From Pedobacter sp. (lineage in GTDB: Bacteria; Desulfobacterota; Desulfuromonadia; Desulfuromonadales; Syntrophotaleaceae), in the NCBI GenBank assembly GCA_050253415.1, contig JBFWJC010000006.1, positions 1 to 64,000 of the forward strand: DNA of 64,000 bases, read 5' to 3'. Shown here piece after piece: positions 49,720-59,671 of the stretch. Position 1 is the first letter of the stretch, and the number at the start of each line of letters is the position of its first letter. The notes under the pieces were generated by a model, which saw nothing but the letters and a program-made list of their open reading frames with translations, was not told where the DNA came from and did not search any database. The position numbers and the translations under genes are program-made.

Positions 49720-50109
49720 CTACCAGTCGCGATAAGGTACGCCGTTTAGTCCCACCAGGTCGCTACCGCTATGAACATCGAAAACGGTACCAATATCTCC
49801 CACGGCAGGATCGATAACTTCAGGAGCTATGGTGTACCATGTTTCCGCACTTCTGGTAAAGGGGTCCTTGGGGAGGTCTCGCAGGTACCGTTTTTCAACG
49901 AGCTCATCGAGACTATTGGGATATCTGCGCTGATCTGCATAAAACGCGTCTATGGCTTTGCGCATCTGGTACAGGTTTTCGCTTAACACGGTCTCGCGGG
50001 CTTTGATGACATTACGCTGGTAATGAGGCACGGCAATTGAGGCCAGGATAGCGACGATCGTCATGACAATCATGAGCTCAATGAGCGTAAAAGCGCGGCA
50101 AAACCGCAC
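49720..50109 (-). CDS. Type II secretion pseudopilin (GspG/OxpG-like); start codon uncertain
   Basis: Prepilin motif A|FTLIELMIVM, YP.SL.ELV...YLR..P.DPF. Confidence 0.85.
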   Translation of the reverse strand: MRFCRAFTLIELMIVMTIVAILASIAVPHYQRNVIKARETVLSENLYQMRKAIDAFYADQRRYPNSLDELVEKRYLRDLPKDPFTRSAETWYTIAPEVIDPAVGDIGTVFDVHSGSDLVGLNGVPYRDW

Positions 50110-50125
50110 GTCTTTGTTAACAACT

Positions 50126-50617
50126 TTACCAGGAACTATACGCTGTTCCGTCAAGAGCGGTTCGGTCACTTTTAGAATAGACATCATAGATATCCTTCCC
50201 ATCCCAGGAAGTAGAATCCGGGGCATCCCGGTAGCCTCGCAAGCCCCATCCTTGTCCATCGTCAAAAGGATCGACAGGTATACGCCGTAAATATTTGCGG
50301 GGAAATGCGTAAAGTCCTTTCCAATCCATACCTTGGACCAACTCCTCAAGACTGACCGGATACCCCGTCTGATCCGCGTCGGCTATAATATTTTTGTTTT
50401 TTACCGCAAGGTCGAAGTCCTCCTTGTATTGATCGATGGCTATGCGTAAGGTTCGCAAAGCTCGCCGAAGTTCCAATTCACGTGTACGTTGAACGGTTAC
50501 TTCAGCCAGTGGCAAGACCGCGCTTACCAGGATGCCAAGAATGGCCACTGTAATGACGACCTCGATCAGGGTAAAACCGGGGCCATTCCGCAATAAATAA
50601 GCTTTACCGGTACGCAT
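50126..50617 (-). CDS. Second GspG-like pseudopilin
   Basis: G|FTLIEVVI, RELELRRALR, YP.SLEELV, YLRRIPVDP. Confidence 0.88.
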   Translation of the reverse strand: MRTGKAYLLRNGPGFTLIEVVITVAILGILVSAVLPLAEVTVQRTRELELRRALRTLRIAIDQYKEDFDLAVKNKNIIADADQTGYPVSLEELVQGMDWKGLYAFPRKYLRRIPVDPFDDGQGWGLRGYRDAPDSTSWDGKDIYDVYSKSDRTALDGTAYSSW

Positions 50618-52924
50618 TTATTCCATCTCAATCGTCAAGGGGGACGCCTCACAGGATCCAGTGTCTCCCTGTCCGGATTCAAGGCTGCAGTCCTGCAATG
50701 AAAATTCAAGGGAACCACTGTTCTTTGCCTTGAACTCAAAAACCGCAATGGTGCCACCTCCCGATACCCCGCTCCTGCCGTCACTTCGACCTACCTCTGC
50801 AACAACAGTATTCAACGCGTCGGACGGCGAGGTTTCGGCAAAACTTTCCTCTGTTTCGGGACCTAAAAGGGTGCCCGGTCTCACTTCAACAAAATCGACC
50901 AACGATGCTGGATAGTTCAAAGCAAGCCGCGCTTTAACAAGGTCCTGCATCCCCGTCGCAGTAATCTGAACAATAAATGCCTGGTCGGCTGTAACCACTT
51001 GCGGCCCTACCAGCCTGAACTGCTGAGGTTTTTCATCCGTCGCAGCGGATTGTCCGGAAGATTGTGCAGTATTTGCGATTTGCTCAAAGGCAGTCCCATT
51101 GTCGATTTGATTGTTCTCTGTAAAAGATGCAAACCGGGCACCGGGAGCCAGGTCCTCTTCGCTACCGGACCATATAGTGGCGACATCGGGGCGGGGCACA
51201 TCAAGGTTGCGTACGATATGAGGCGTAATCGACAACAGTATTTCTCTTTTATTTTTTTCTTTGTTCCGACCGGTAAAAAGTTGCCCGATAATAGGGATGC
51301 TACCGATAAACGGCAGGGTGTTACGGGTATTACTCAGGTCATCGCGAATCAGGCCACCAATGATGGTGCGCTCGCCATCTTTGAGGATCAAGGACGATCC
51401 TGCATTTGTGGTTGATATACGAAGAGCGAACCCTCCGCCGGTGATTTCCTCTTTTTCCAGGATATTACTGACTTCGAGACTTAGGGTGGTGACAACGGTA
51501 TCATCCAGCTGAATATTCGGCTCGACGTCAAGCTTGACCCCGACATCGATATATTGCACGTTGCTAGACGTAACATCCCCGGTGGTCGTACTGATATTGG
51601 TGGTTACAATAGGCTCCCTGGTACCAATGTGAACCTTCGCTTTGGCCCGATTTTTCACCCGGATTTTCGGGCTGGCCAGAATTTCGCTATCCGTAAGCGT
51701 CTTTGCAAAATCAAAGGTCGCTGTAGGCAGCGTATAAAAGGATTCGAGACGGCTAAAACTTCTCACCAGGGTGTCTGTCGATCCACCTGCCGTCAATACA
51801 TCGCTCACCAAATTGGTTACCGTATTTCCATCGCTATCGACGATGGCGCGTCCCATGCCAGCGCTAATAGAATATGTGCTGAGTTTTGGACCCAGATTCA
51901 GCACATCGCGATGGCTGACCTCAACCAGCTCAAGATCAAAAACCACTTCTGAATCATTACGGTCTGCGGCATCCAAAACCTGTCTGGCCAGCTCTATAAC
52001 CTCTGGCTTGTCACGCATGACAATGGCGTTTAGCTCTTCATGCACATAAATTTTCCGCGACTGCAGCATGGTGCGTAACATGTTTACGGCATTTTTCGCT
52101 TCGATGTTGGAAAGATAAAAGACCTGTATGATACGGTCCTCGTATTGTTTTTCCTTTTCCTGGGTTTTCGGATATACAAGAATGGTCTGGGCGTTAAGAA
52201 CCCGTTTACCAAGTCCGTTAAGCTTAAGCAGCAGATCAAGGACCTGTGCAAAAGAGGCCTTTTTCAGCAATAAGGTAACCGGCCGGGGGCTGATTTCCTC
52301 GTCGAGAATAAAATGTATTCCGGAGAGTTGGCTTAATACCGCAAAAGCCTGGCGCAAATCCATATCGGTAAACTGCAGACTTAAAGGCTCACGGGAAGTG
52401 AGCTCCAGTTCATAGCCGTCCATAACAGTCTGGCTTGCCAGTTGAACCTCGAGCAAAAGTTGCTCGGCACCGGGGTGCTTGGGAACAAGTTGCAGCGCTT
52501 TGCCAAGGTTTGCCCGGGCTTGATTGTACCTTCCTTTCAGATAAAATTCATCGGCCTCGGCAATCAGTTGGTCCGCCTGAATAAGATCCTGAACCTTATT
52601 TAACTTCTGCACGGCGGCGGTAAGACTGCCATCGAGGGTAGCCGCCTGTCGATATTCCACGGCGGCCTGGGTCAGATTGCCCTCCCCGGCCAACTTCAAC
52701 CCACGTTCATAGTGCCACACAGCCGAGCGACCACGAGCGTCAAGCCATTTCATACGATATTCCTGTCGCTCCGGATCCTGGGCTATGGCCGAGGCATATT
52801 GCTCCATGGCCAGATCGTATTCGCCCTGCTGGTAATATTGATCCCCGGCATTAAAGGCTTTTTCCCCTGCACAGCCTGCCAGCACCAGGCACATAATACC
52901 AACCCACCAGACAGCCTTATTCAT
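50618..52924 (-). CDS. Secretin (GspD/PilQ family): lipoprotein with N-terminal TPRs and a C-terminal cohesin-like domain
   Basis: Lipobox LAG-C, TPR repeats, secretin core (ASPKIRV, DVGVKL.VEP, IGGLI, PIIGQLF, ITPHIV), beta-rich tail. Confidence 0.9.
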   Translation of the reverse strand: MNKAVWWVGIMCLVLAGCAGEKAFNAGDQYYQQGEYDLAMEQYASAIAQDPERQEYRMKWLDARGRSAVWHYERGLKLAGEGNLTQAAVEYRQAATLDGSLTAAVQKLNKVQDLIQADQLIAEADEFYLKGRYNQARANLGKALQLVPKHPGAEQLLLEVQLASQTVMDGYELELTSREPLSLQFTDMDLRQAFAVLSQLSGIHFILDEEISPRPVTLLLKKASFAQVLDLLLKLNGLGKRVLNAQTILVYPKTQEKEKQYEDRIIQVFYLSNIEAKNAVNMLRTMLQSRKIYVHEELNAIVMRDKPEVIELARQVLDAADRNDSEVVFDLELVEVSHRDVLNLGPKLSTYSISAGMGRAIVDSDGNTVTNLVSDVLTAGGSTDTLVRSFSRLESFYTLPTATFDFAKTLTDSEILASPKIRVKNRAKAKVHIGTREPIVTTNISTTTGDVTSSNVQYIDVGVKLDVEPNIQLDDTVVTTLSLEVSNILEKEEITGGGFALRISTTNAGSSLILKDGERTIIGGLIRDDLSNTRNTLPFIGSIPIIGQLFTGRNKEKNKREILLSITPHIVRNLDVPRPDVATIWSGSEEDLAPGARFASFTENNQIDNGTAFEQIANTAQSSGQSAATDEKPQQFRLVGPQVVTADQAFIVQITATGMQDLVKARLALNYPASLVDFVEVRPGTLLGPETEESFAETSPSDALNTVVAEVGRSDGRSGVSGGGTIAVFEFKAKNSGSLEFSLQDCSLESGQGDTGSCEASPLTIEME

Positions 52925-53588
52925 CGATGACGTTATCAATGGGAACCTCCTTATCCAAACTCCCTGGTTCGATCGGGACATTAATTTCCGTTGGTTCGAC
53001 CGGCTGCATGACTTCCACATAGGAGGCTCCGGAAGACGAAATCAGCGATATTGGTTGTTCCGCAGTCTCTATCTGGAAAGTATCTTTATCTTCCTTATAT
53101 TTTACGATCAGATATTGCGATGCAATTTCAAGCAAACGATAGGTATTGTCCGCACCAAAACTGTCACCAGGACCAACGACATACACTTCTCCCTCTACGG
53201 ATAGAAAAACCTTCTGTCGACCTGCGTGGCGCAATTTACCCAAAAAAACAGGGGTGGGCGTGGGAGGAGGAAGAACAACCGGAGGGAGGGGGGCACTTTC
53301 AGTCTGGGATTCCTGGATCTCGGGCAAAGATGCCTGGGCAGGAAGACTAAAAAGTGGAGAAAAAATATTTCTGTTAACCAGTGTTTCCCTCTCTTCCGGA
53401 ACCTGGTTTTTTGGCAATACCTCGCCTGCGGGGGGTGAAGCATCAGGCTTAACCGAAATACCTGTGGATATACCAGGGGCAGGCACGCTCGCTACGCGGG
53501 TTTGGCGGGGCCAGCTAAAGTAGGCGTACACAAGCGCTACCGCAAGGAGTAGTAAAAAGCCGATTAAAGTTTTAACCGAAGTGTTCAT
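52917..53588 (-). CDS. PilP/GspC-like assembly protein
   Basis: N-terminal TM, RNIF, Pro-rich linker, FLG...VFL...VYVV..GD. Confidence 0.65.
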   Translation of the reverse strand: MNTSVKTLIGFLLLLAVALVYAYFSWPRQTRVASVPAPGISTGISVKPDASPPAGEVLPKNQVPEERETLVNRNIFSPLFSLPAQASLPEIQESQTESAPLPPVVLPPPTPTPVFLGKLRHAGRQKVFLSVEGEVYVVGPGDSFGADNTYRLLEIASQYLIVKYKEDKDTFQIETAEQPISLISSSGASYVEVMQPVEPTEINVPIEPGSLDKEVPIDNVIDE

Positions 53589-54139
53589 GATGGCACCGTG
53601 TTGAAATAAGCAGCAAGACGGATACTCAAAACCACTTCATCGCTATCCGGTTTTTGTCCGGAAAGTTTCACCTGTTCCACCACTACCAGCTGTGGCCAGC
53701 CCTCAAGAGCATGAAGGAATTCCTTAATCTGTCCGTATTGCCCGGTCACGGAAAAGTCCAGCTCATATTTGAGTACCGTTCGCAAGTCGGTTTTTTCGGG
53801 CCGATAGGTAATTCGATCGATACTCAACCCGGCATCCCCCGAGTACTGATATAACTGCTGCAAAAACTCAGGAAATTTTTCATACGCAGCAACCTGACCA
53901 TAAAATTTTTCGAGAATAGCCGATGCAGAGGGACGCCCCTGGCTCAATGGGTCGCTCCCGGCCCGACGCTGAATCGCCTGATGTTGAACCAAAAGGGTCT
54001 GATCATTTTCCAGACCAGGTAACATACTTGCAAGTAACACGCTGAATAAAAAGATATTCAAAATCAAACCGACAAGCACCAGTACTGTCCTTACGCGGTT
54101 GGTTCGCCACAGTTCTTCAAAAACACCCTTAAGTACCAT
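53585..54139 (-). CDS. PilO/GspM-like protein
   Basis: Single TM, VTGQY.QIKEFL..LE. Confidence 0.78.
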   Translation of the reverse strand: MVLKGVFEELWRTNRVRTVLVLVGLILNIFLFSVLLASMLPGLENDQTLLVQHQAIQRRAGSDPLSQGRPSASAILEKFYGQVAAYEKFPEFLQQLYQYSGDAGLSIDRITYRPEKTDLRTVLKYELDFSVTGQYGQIKEFLHALEGWPQLVVVEQVKLSGQKPDSDEVVLSIRLAAYFNTVPS

Positions 54140-54140
54140 G

Positions 54141-54683
54141 TCAGAACCCCCCACGGATGCTTATCTCACAGCGTATGACAGAAAAGTTCTGGCCGACGTA
54201 ATCCTTGATATCGACATTTTCTTGCCGCAATAACAAGACCTCGGAAAATGGCTTATATTGCAGTAAGTTACCAAGATATTCCCGAAAAACCGCCCCGTCT
54301 CTTGCCAGCACCTGAATGGAAAGGCTTTGCTTGTCGAAATTGGGTTCGATGGATCGAATCTGTATCCCATCGATACCGGTTTGCTCCAGATGATTCAGGA
54401 TTTGTGACCATTGAAAAGCACGACGTTTTAAAATAATTTCGGCTTTGGCGGACTCCGATTGGAGAGCCCGTTCATCGCCAGTGTTTGTTCGCCCGCTCGA
54501 AACATCAGCCGTAGTTAGCGCGAGCAGCTCACGTACCTTTTGATGCCGCTGCCGAACCATCACCATATACCCCAGTGCGATAATAAGGGAGGTCACCAGC
54601 AATACCAGCATTGCATTGCAAAGTTTTCGCAAGACAACCCCATCCACCGGGCGTTGAGTGACAAGATTGACTGTCAGCTTCAT
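54141..54683 (-). CDS. PilN-like protein
   Basis: N-terminal VNL motif, TM, WS.IL..L. Confidence 0.78.
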   Translation of the reverse strand: MKLTVNLVTQRPVDGVVLRKLCNAMLVLLVTSLIIALGYMVMVRQRHQKVRELLALTTADVSSGRTNTGDERALQSESAKAEIILKRRAFQWSQILNHLEQTGIDGIQIRSIEPNFDKQSLSIQVLARDGAVFREYLGNLLQYKPFSEVLLLRQENVDIKDYVGQNFSVIRCEISIRGGF

Positions 54684-55571
54684 TCAACCTCCCATCATCA
54701 TGCACTCAGCAGCACCAAGGGCCGCTGCAAGCGCAGGGGGACTGCCTGCATGCCCCTCAAGAAGTTGTACCTTCCGGCCAAAGCATTCGTTCAAAGCCTC
54801 TTGAGCACCCGGCTCAACAGGCTTGTCAGCGTGGAGATATGCCTTGAACCTTCCACGCCCTGAAAACTCACGGCCATAACCAGCTACGATTCGATGCAGC
54901 TCCTGCACCTGCCTAGATACTTGGTTGCCCACCGCACGGGCTCTGTAGTATTCCAGGACACCGCCCCGGAACGACTGGACAACAATACCTTCCTGATTCA
55001 GGGATACCAAAATAGCATCCCCTTCCGGGTCAAGACGGTAACGCCAATGTCGATAAACATTCAGCCCGTAAAAGCCTATATGATCAGGAATAAACCCAGA
55101 TTGACTGATTAAATTTTCGTATTCCCCAACAATCTTTTTCTCTGCCGCAATCACTAGCAGTCGCACTGCTCCGCCTGCCGAACGTGTCAATACCTGGTAA
55201 TCGAATTGTATTTCGGATAGACCGGGTAACAATTTTCCGATCTGCCATGCAACAACCTGTTTACCTTCTCCACGCAAGCGAGGAAATCTGTCGATATCAA
55301 GTGTCATTACATAGCCGCAGCGATCCGGCAGAGACAACGCCACCCGCCGTTCTTTGTTGACGATAGGAAGCAAGGCGTCATGCAATGCCGTGACGAGCGC
55401 CTGCCGAGATGCAGGAGATAGTTGCCGGAGATCTTCCGGAATCGGACCACCAGGGATAGAACAAATATGGCTACCGACCAATTGTCCTCCCTTGCGCCAT
55501 CTTCTTCTCAGGGAAACGACCCGGATTTCGTCACTCTGCATATCGATTCCGACATACCGGCGCCATTTCAT
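54684..55571 (-). CDS. PilM/GspL-like actin-fold protein
   Basis: VGID, LSLPD, FDYQ, terminal AALGAA; position in the cluster. Confidence 0.78.
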   Translation of the reverse strand: MKWRRYVGIDMQSDEIRVVSLRRRWRKGGQLVGSHICSIPGGPIPEDLRQLSPASRQALVTALHDALLPIVNKERRVALSLPDRCGYVMTLDIDRFPRLRGEGKQVVAWQIGKLLPGLSEIQFDYQVLTRSAGGAVRLLVIAAEKKIVGEYENLISQSGFIPDHIGFYGLNVYRHWRYRLDPEGDAILVSLNQEGIVVQSFRGGVLEYYRARAVGNQVSRQVQELHRIVAGYGREFSGRGRFKAYLHADKPVEPGAQEALNECFGRKVQLLEGHAGSPPALAAALGAAECMMMGG

Positions 55572-57295
55572 GACGGTATCTCCCCCTCAACGAAAGTTAC
55601 TCTATCGATTTCCGCAAGGCTGGTTATGCCCTCAAATACTTTTTCCAGGGCCGCCTGCCGCAAAAAGACCGTTCCATTGCGAGCAGCAACCTGCCGTAAA
55701 TGTCCAATGGGGGCTCTTTTATCGATCAATTCCCGTAGCTCGTCATTCATTTCAAGCAACTCGATAATCGCCGATCGACCGGAAAATCCAAGCCCATGAC
55801 AATGTGCACAGCCGACCCCTTCATAAAAAGTCTGTTGACCATAACGCTCATAATTAATGCCGGCTTTTTCCAGAACGGTGCGAGAATACCTGACAGGTTT
55901 CTTGCACTCGGGACAGATTTTTCGGACCAGGCGTTGAGCCAGGACCATATTAAGACTGGAGAGAAAGTGGTAAGGATCCAGCCCCATATGCAAGAACCGG
56001 CCAAGCACATCAAATACATTGTTGGCATGTACTGTGGTAAAAACCAGATGCCCCGTAAGAGCCGACTGTACGGCTATCTGGGCGGTCTCGGGATCGCGAA
56101 TCTCCCCAACCATAATCTTATCCGGATCATGCCGCAGTATGGAACGCAACCCCCGCGCAAAGGTCAGACCTTTTTTTTCATTAACAGGAACCTGAACAAT
56201 GCCGGGCACCTGATATTCTACAGGATCTTCGATAGTTATTATCTTTTCCTGTTCTGTATGGATTTCAGCCAGCGCGGCATACAAGGTGGTTGTTTTCCCA
56301 CTTCCTGTAGGACCCGTAACCAATACCATCCCATACGGAGATCTGATCTGCCTGCGAAAACGTTGGATTTCGCGATCATTAAAACCTAAAGACTCCAGAC
56401 TCAATCCTTTGAGGTCCGCGGCAATACTGCTTTTATCCAAAATCCTGATAACGGCATCCTCGCCAAAGCTACTCGGGAGAATAGAGACCCTGAAATCGAT
56501 AGGTCGGCCGCCCATGCGGACTTTGAACCTACCATCCTGGGGAATCCGGCGCTCGGATATATCAAGTTCGCTCATTACTTTAACGCGCGATATAATCGGT
56601 CCCTGAAATCGACTGTCGAGAGGTTCCATGGCTCTCGACAGAACGCCATCGATGCGATACTTGATCAGCACTCCATCAGGGCCTGATTCAATATGAATAT
56701 CACTGGCACGTTTGTTAAGAGCATCGATCAGAGTTGTATCAATCAGTTTGATTACAGGACTGTGCTCAGCCTCTGTTACGTCAGAGACGAGGAGATCTTT
56801 ATCTTCTCTACCTTTTGTAACTGTCTGACTGCGAAACTTTTCGAGGGTACTTTCCAATACCTCCCCTGTCACGGTATGGCTGCCTGTTGTCATTCGCTGA
56901 ATATGGCTCTTTGCTGCAACCTTTAAGAGGATAGGACAACCAACAGCCCATTCGAGTTGATCAAGTCGAATGATGTCCGTAGGGTCAGAGGTGGCAACCA
57001 CCAAACTACCATCGACACGCTGCAAGGGAACGACACCGAAACGAACGGCCAGATCCTCTGGAAGACCGTCTAATGGCTCGGGGAGTCTGCTACCCATATC
57101 GATGTAATCGATGCCGAATTGTCTCGCGAGAGCCTGGGCCAAAACTTCCTCGTCATAGAACCCAAGGTCAATCCCGGTTTCACCGAACCGCAAACCAAGG
57201 GTTTTCATTCGACCAAGAATAATTTCAGTCTGACCAGGAGCAATGGCCCCTGATTCAACGAGCAATTCACCTATTTTTAGCCATCGATATGACAT
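55568..57295 (-). CDS. gspE: GspE/PilB secretion ATPase
   Basis: [45 protein letters not shown]...CAHC. Confidence 0.92.
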   Translation of the reverse strand: MSYRWLKIGELLVESGAIAPGQTEIILGRMKTLGLRFGETGIDLGFYDEEVLAQALARQFGIDYIDMGSRLPEPLDGLPEDLAVRFGVVPLQRVDGSLVVATSDPTDIIRLDQLEWAVGCPILLKVAAKSHIQRMTTGSHTVTGEVLESTLEKFRSQTVTKGREDKDLLVSDVTEAEHSPVIKLIDTTLIDALNKRASDIHIESGPDGVLIKYRIDGVLSRAMEPLDSRFQGPIISRVKVMSELDISERRIPQDGRFKVRMGGRPIDFRVSILPSSFGEDAVIRILDKSSIAADLKGLSLESLGFNDREIQRFRRQIRSPYGMVLVTGPTGSGKTTTLYAALAEIHTEQEKIITIEDPVEYQVPGIVQVPVNEKKGLTFARGLRSILRHDPDKIMVGEIRDPETAQIAVQSALTGHLVFTTVHANNVFDVLGRFLHMGLDPYHFLSSLNMVLAQRLVRKICPECKKPVRYSRTVLEKAGINYERYGQQTFYEGVGCAHCHGLGFSGRSAIIELLEMNDELRELIDKRAPIGHLRQVAARNGTVFLRQAALEKVFEGITSLAEIDRVTFVEGEIPS

Positions 57296-57313
57296 GCGAA
57301 AACTCCCAATGAG

Positions 57314-58522
57314 CTAACGAACGGTGCCGGCCAGTTGGAAGATAGGCAAATAAATAGCTACCACAATCCCACCGATAACCAGCCCTACAAAGAGCAAAAT
57401 AAGTGGCTCGGCAAGACTTGCCAACCTCTCTAGGCGAGTGTCTATATCCGCTTCATAGTATTCCGAAACTTCCTCAAACATTTGAGGTAAAGTACCGGTT
57501 TTTTCGCCAGTGGAAATCATGCGCAAGGCCACGGTGGGAAATAAACGACTGCTGTGCAAGGCATTACCAAGGGTATCACCTTCATTGACTGATGAAACCA
57601 CGTTGGTAATTCCCTGCTGAAGGACAACATTATTGAGAACTCCGCGGGCAAGATTCATGGCTTCTACAAGCGGCAAACCGCTGGCAAGAATGGTTGCGGT
57701 TGTGCGGCAAAAGTTGACCATTCCACTCAATCGGAACAATATGCCAATAATCGGCATATTTATAAGAGCCTTATCCAAAAACCTTCTACCGTTAGGTGTC
57801 GTAAAAAACCTTCGTATTAGCCAAACACTCAGCCCCAGGATGATGAGAATGAAAATCCATCCGCGAGCAACAAAACTTGATAGGCCCAAAACCATACGCG
57901 TAAGCCATGGCAAGGAAACTTGAGCATCAGCATAAATCTGCATAAAACTAGGGATGACGAAAAAAATCATGAACAACAAAACGCCGAAGGTTGCAGCCAA
58001 AAGGAACAGCGGATAGAAAGCTGCCGATTTAAGACGTTCACGAACCCTGGCAAAGCGTTTTTGATAAGCCAGATAACGTAAAATAGTTTGAGGCAAATCG
58101 CCGGTTTTTTCACCCGAGGCAATGGTGGATACATAGAGCTTGGGGAAAAACTGAGGAAAGGCAGAAAAAGCTTCCGATAGAGAAGCACCACCCTGAACCC
58201 CTTCTTTTATTTCCAGAAGGACAGCCTTGGTAGAAGGGGAATCCGTTTCCTGAACAAGAGAATCGAGGATTTCCAAGATGGGCATGCCAGATCTGAGTAA
58301 GGCAAGCAATTCCTGATTGAACAGCAAAAACCGATGCGATGACCAAGACTTTTTGCCACGATCGGAAAAAAAGGAAAGTGAAAAAAGAGCACGTCTAACT
58401 TTAAAAACGCAATACCCCTCCTCTTCCAGACTTTCCTGAAGTTCAAAGCGGTTACGGGCTTTGCAGTATCGTAAAAGAACCCGTCCGTCCGGAGTGCCAA
58501 CTTTACAGACAAATAATGCCAT
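57314..58522 (-). CDS. gspF: GspF/PilC inner-membrane platform protein
   Basis: SG.P, GEKTG (twice), YP, EP, LPIF. Confidence 0.92.
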   Translation of the reverse strand: MALFVCKVGTPDGRVLLRYCKARNRFELQESLEEEGYCVFKVRRALFSLSFFSDRGKKSWSSHRFLLFNQELLALLRSGMPILEILDSLVQETDSPSTKAVLLEIKEGVQGGASLSEAFSAFPQFFPKLYVSTIASGEKTGDLPQTILRYLAYQKRFARVRERLKSAAFYPLFLLAATFGVLLFMIFFVIPSFMQIYADAQVSLPWLTRMVLGLSSFVARGWIFILIILGLSVWLIRRFFTTPNGRRFLDKALINMPIIGILFRLSGMVNFCRTTATILASGLPLVEAMNLARGVLNNVVLQQGITNVVSSVNEGDTLGNALHSSRLFPTVALRMISTGEKTGTLPQMFEEVSEYYEADIDTRLERLASLAEPLILLFVGLVIGGIVVAIYLPIFQLAGTVR

Positions 58523-58575
58523 GGTGATAAAAAGTTTACCACAGGTGGCGAAGTATGAAATATAAGGCCAAAACT

Positions 58576-58609
58576 AAAAAAAAGGCACCGCATATCGCGG
58601 TGCCTTTTT
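58576..58609 (-). terminator. Intrinsic terminator of the tRNA array
   Basis: AAAAAGGCACCGC-ATATC-GCGGTGCCTTTTT. Confidence 0.85.
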
Positions 58610-58619
58610 AAGGTTTTAA

Positions 58620-58696
58620 TGGCGGGGCTGACGGGACTCGAACCCGCGACCTCCGGCGTGACAGGCCGGCGTTGTAACCGACTCTACTACAGCCCC
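58620..58696 (-). tRNA. tRNA-Asp(GTC)
   Basis: GGGGCTGTAG...CCGGCCTGTCACGCCGG...GGTTCGAGTCCCGTCAGCCCCGCCA. Confidence 0.96.
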
Positions 58697-58735
58697 CGGT
58701 GTTTCTTAGACGCAGGAAGCGCCGTTTAAATTTAA

Positions 58736-58811
58736 TGGTGGGCGAAACAGGGATCGAACCTGTGACCCTCGGCTTGTAAGGCCGATGCTCTCCCAGCTGA
58801 GCTATTCGCCC
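58736..58811 (-). tRNA. tRNA-Val(TAC)
   Basis: GGGCGAATAGCTCAG...TCGGCCTTACAAGCCGA...GGTTCGATCCCTGTTTCGCCCACCA. Confidence 0.96.
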
Positions 58812-58910
58812 ATTTTTTACAGCATTTTTAAGCGAGAATGAACCCGCCCAGAGTCTTGCTTTCATCAAAAAAGCACCGCATTCATTAGCGATGCCATTCA
58901 TGAAATTCAA

Positions 58911-58987
58911 TGGCGGGGCTGACGGGACTCGAACCCGCGACCTCCGGCGTGACAGGCCGGCGTTGTAACCGACTCTACTACAGCCCC
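58911..58987 (-). tRNA. tRNA-Asp(GTC), copy 2
   Basis: Identical to 58620-58696. Confidence 0.96.
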
Positions 58988-59026
58988 CGGTGTTTCTTAG
59001 ACGCAGGAAGCGCCGTTTAAATTTAA

Positions 59027-59102
59027 TGGTGGGCGAAACAGGGATCGAACCTGTGACCCTCGGCTTGTAAGGCCGATGCTCTCCCAGCTGAGCTATTCGC
59101 CC
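59027..59102 (-). tRNA. tRNA-Val(TAC), copy 2
   Basis: Identical to 58736-58811. Confidence 0.96.
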
Positions 59103-59110
59103 GATTGATA

Positions 59111-59187
59111 TGGCGGGGCTGACGGGACTCGAACCCGCGACCTCCGGCGTGACAGGCCGGCGTTGTAACCGACTCTACTACAGCCCC
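59111..59187 (-). tRNA. tRNA-Asp(GTC), copy 3
   Basis: Identical to the other tRNA-Asp copies. Confidence 0.96.
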
Positions 59188-59296
59188 TTTTTGTACATTA
59201 AAAAAGGAAACACTTTATAGTCCGAAAACTTATCTACAGATCCGCGACTAGGGCGTTTCCTCTTTAAATCTTCAATCAGTTTGTGGTCTTCCGTGC

Positions 59297-59569
59297 TTAA
59301 TTAACGGAATCCTTGAGTGCCTTGCCAGGTTTGAACTTAGGCACCTTGGCAGCAGGAATATCCATTTTTTCGCCAGTCTGGGGATTCTGACCTACGCGAG
59401 CAGCACGTTCACCTACACTGAATGTACCGAAACCAACCAGCGCTACTTTTTCGCCAGCTTTCAGAGCTTCAGTGATAACATCAGTAAAAGCCTTAATAGC
59501 TTTTTCAGTATCTGCTTTGCTCATACCGGCTTTTTCAGCCATCGCATTAACAAGATCGGCTTTGGTCAC
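59297..59569 (-). CDS. hup: DNA-binding protein HU
   Basis: [32 protein letters not shown] start after GGAGGT. Confidence 0.96.
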   Translation of the reverse strand: MTKADLVNAMAEKAGMSKADTEKAIKAFTDVITEALKAGEKVALVGFGTFSVGERAARVGQNPQTGEKMDIPAAKVPKFKPGKALKDSVN

Positions 59570-59671
59570 AATATACCTCCACTTTTGATTGAAAGATTTG
59601 GTGCCGCTGAAAGTGCGATACTTATATCAGAACTGGAAAAAGAGTGTCAAGGAATTATTTCAACTTTTTTC

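Larger units (their letters stand above)
58618..59102. repeat. Direct repeat of about 194 bp (Asp-spacer-Val) at 58618-58811 and 58909-59102
   Basis: The copies appear identical, including the non-coding spacer CGGTGTTTCTTAGACGCAGGAAGCGCCGTTTAAATTTAA; offset 291 nt. Confidence 0.9.

Noticed and set aside
58618..59187. CRISPR-like or mobile-element repeats
   Set aside because: The repeats are tRNA genes, and there are no cas or integrase genes.
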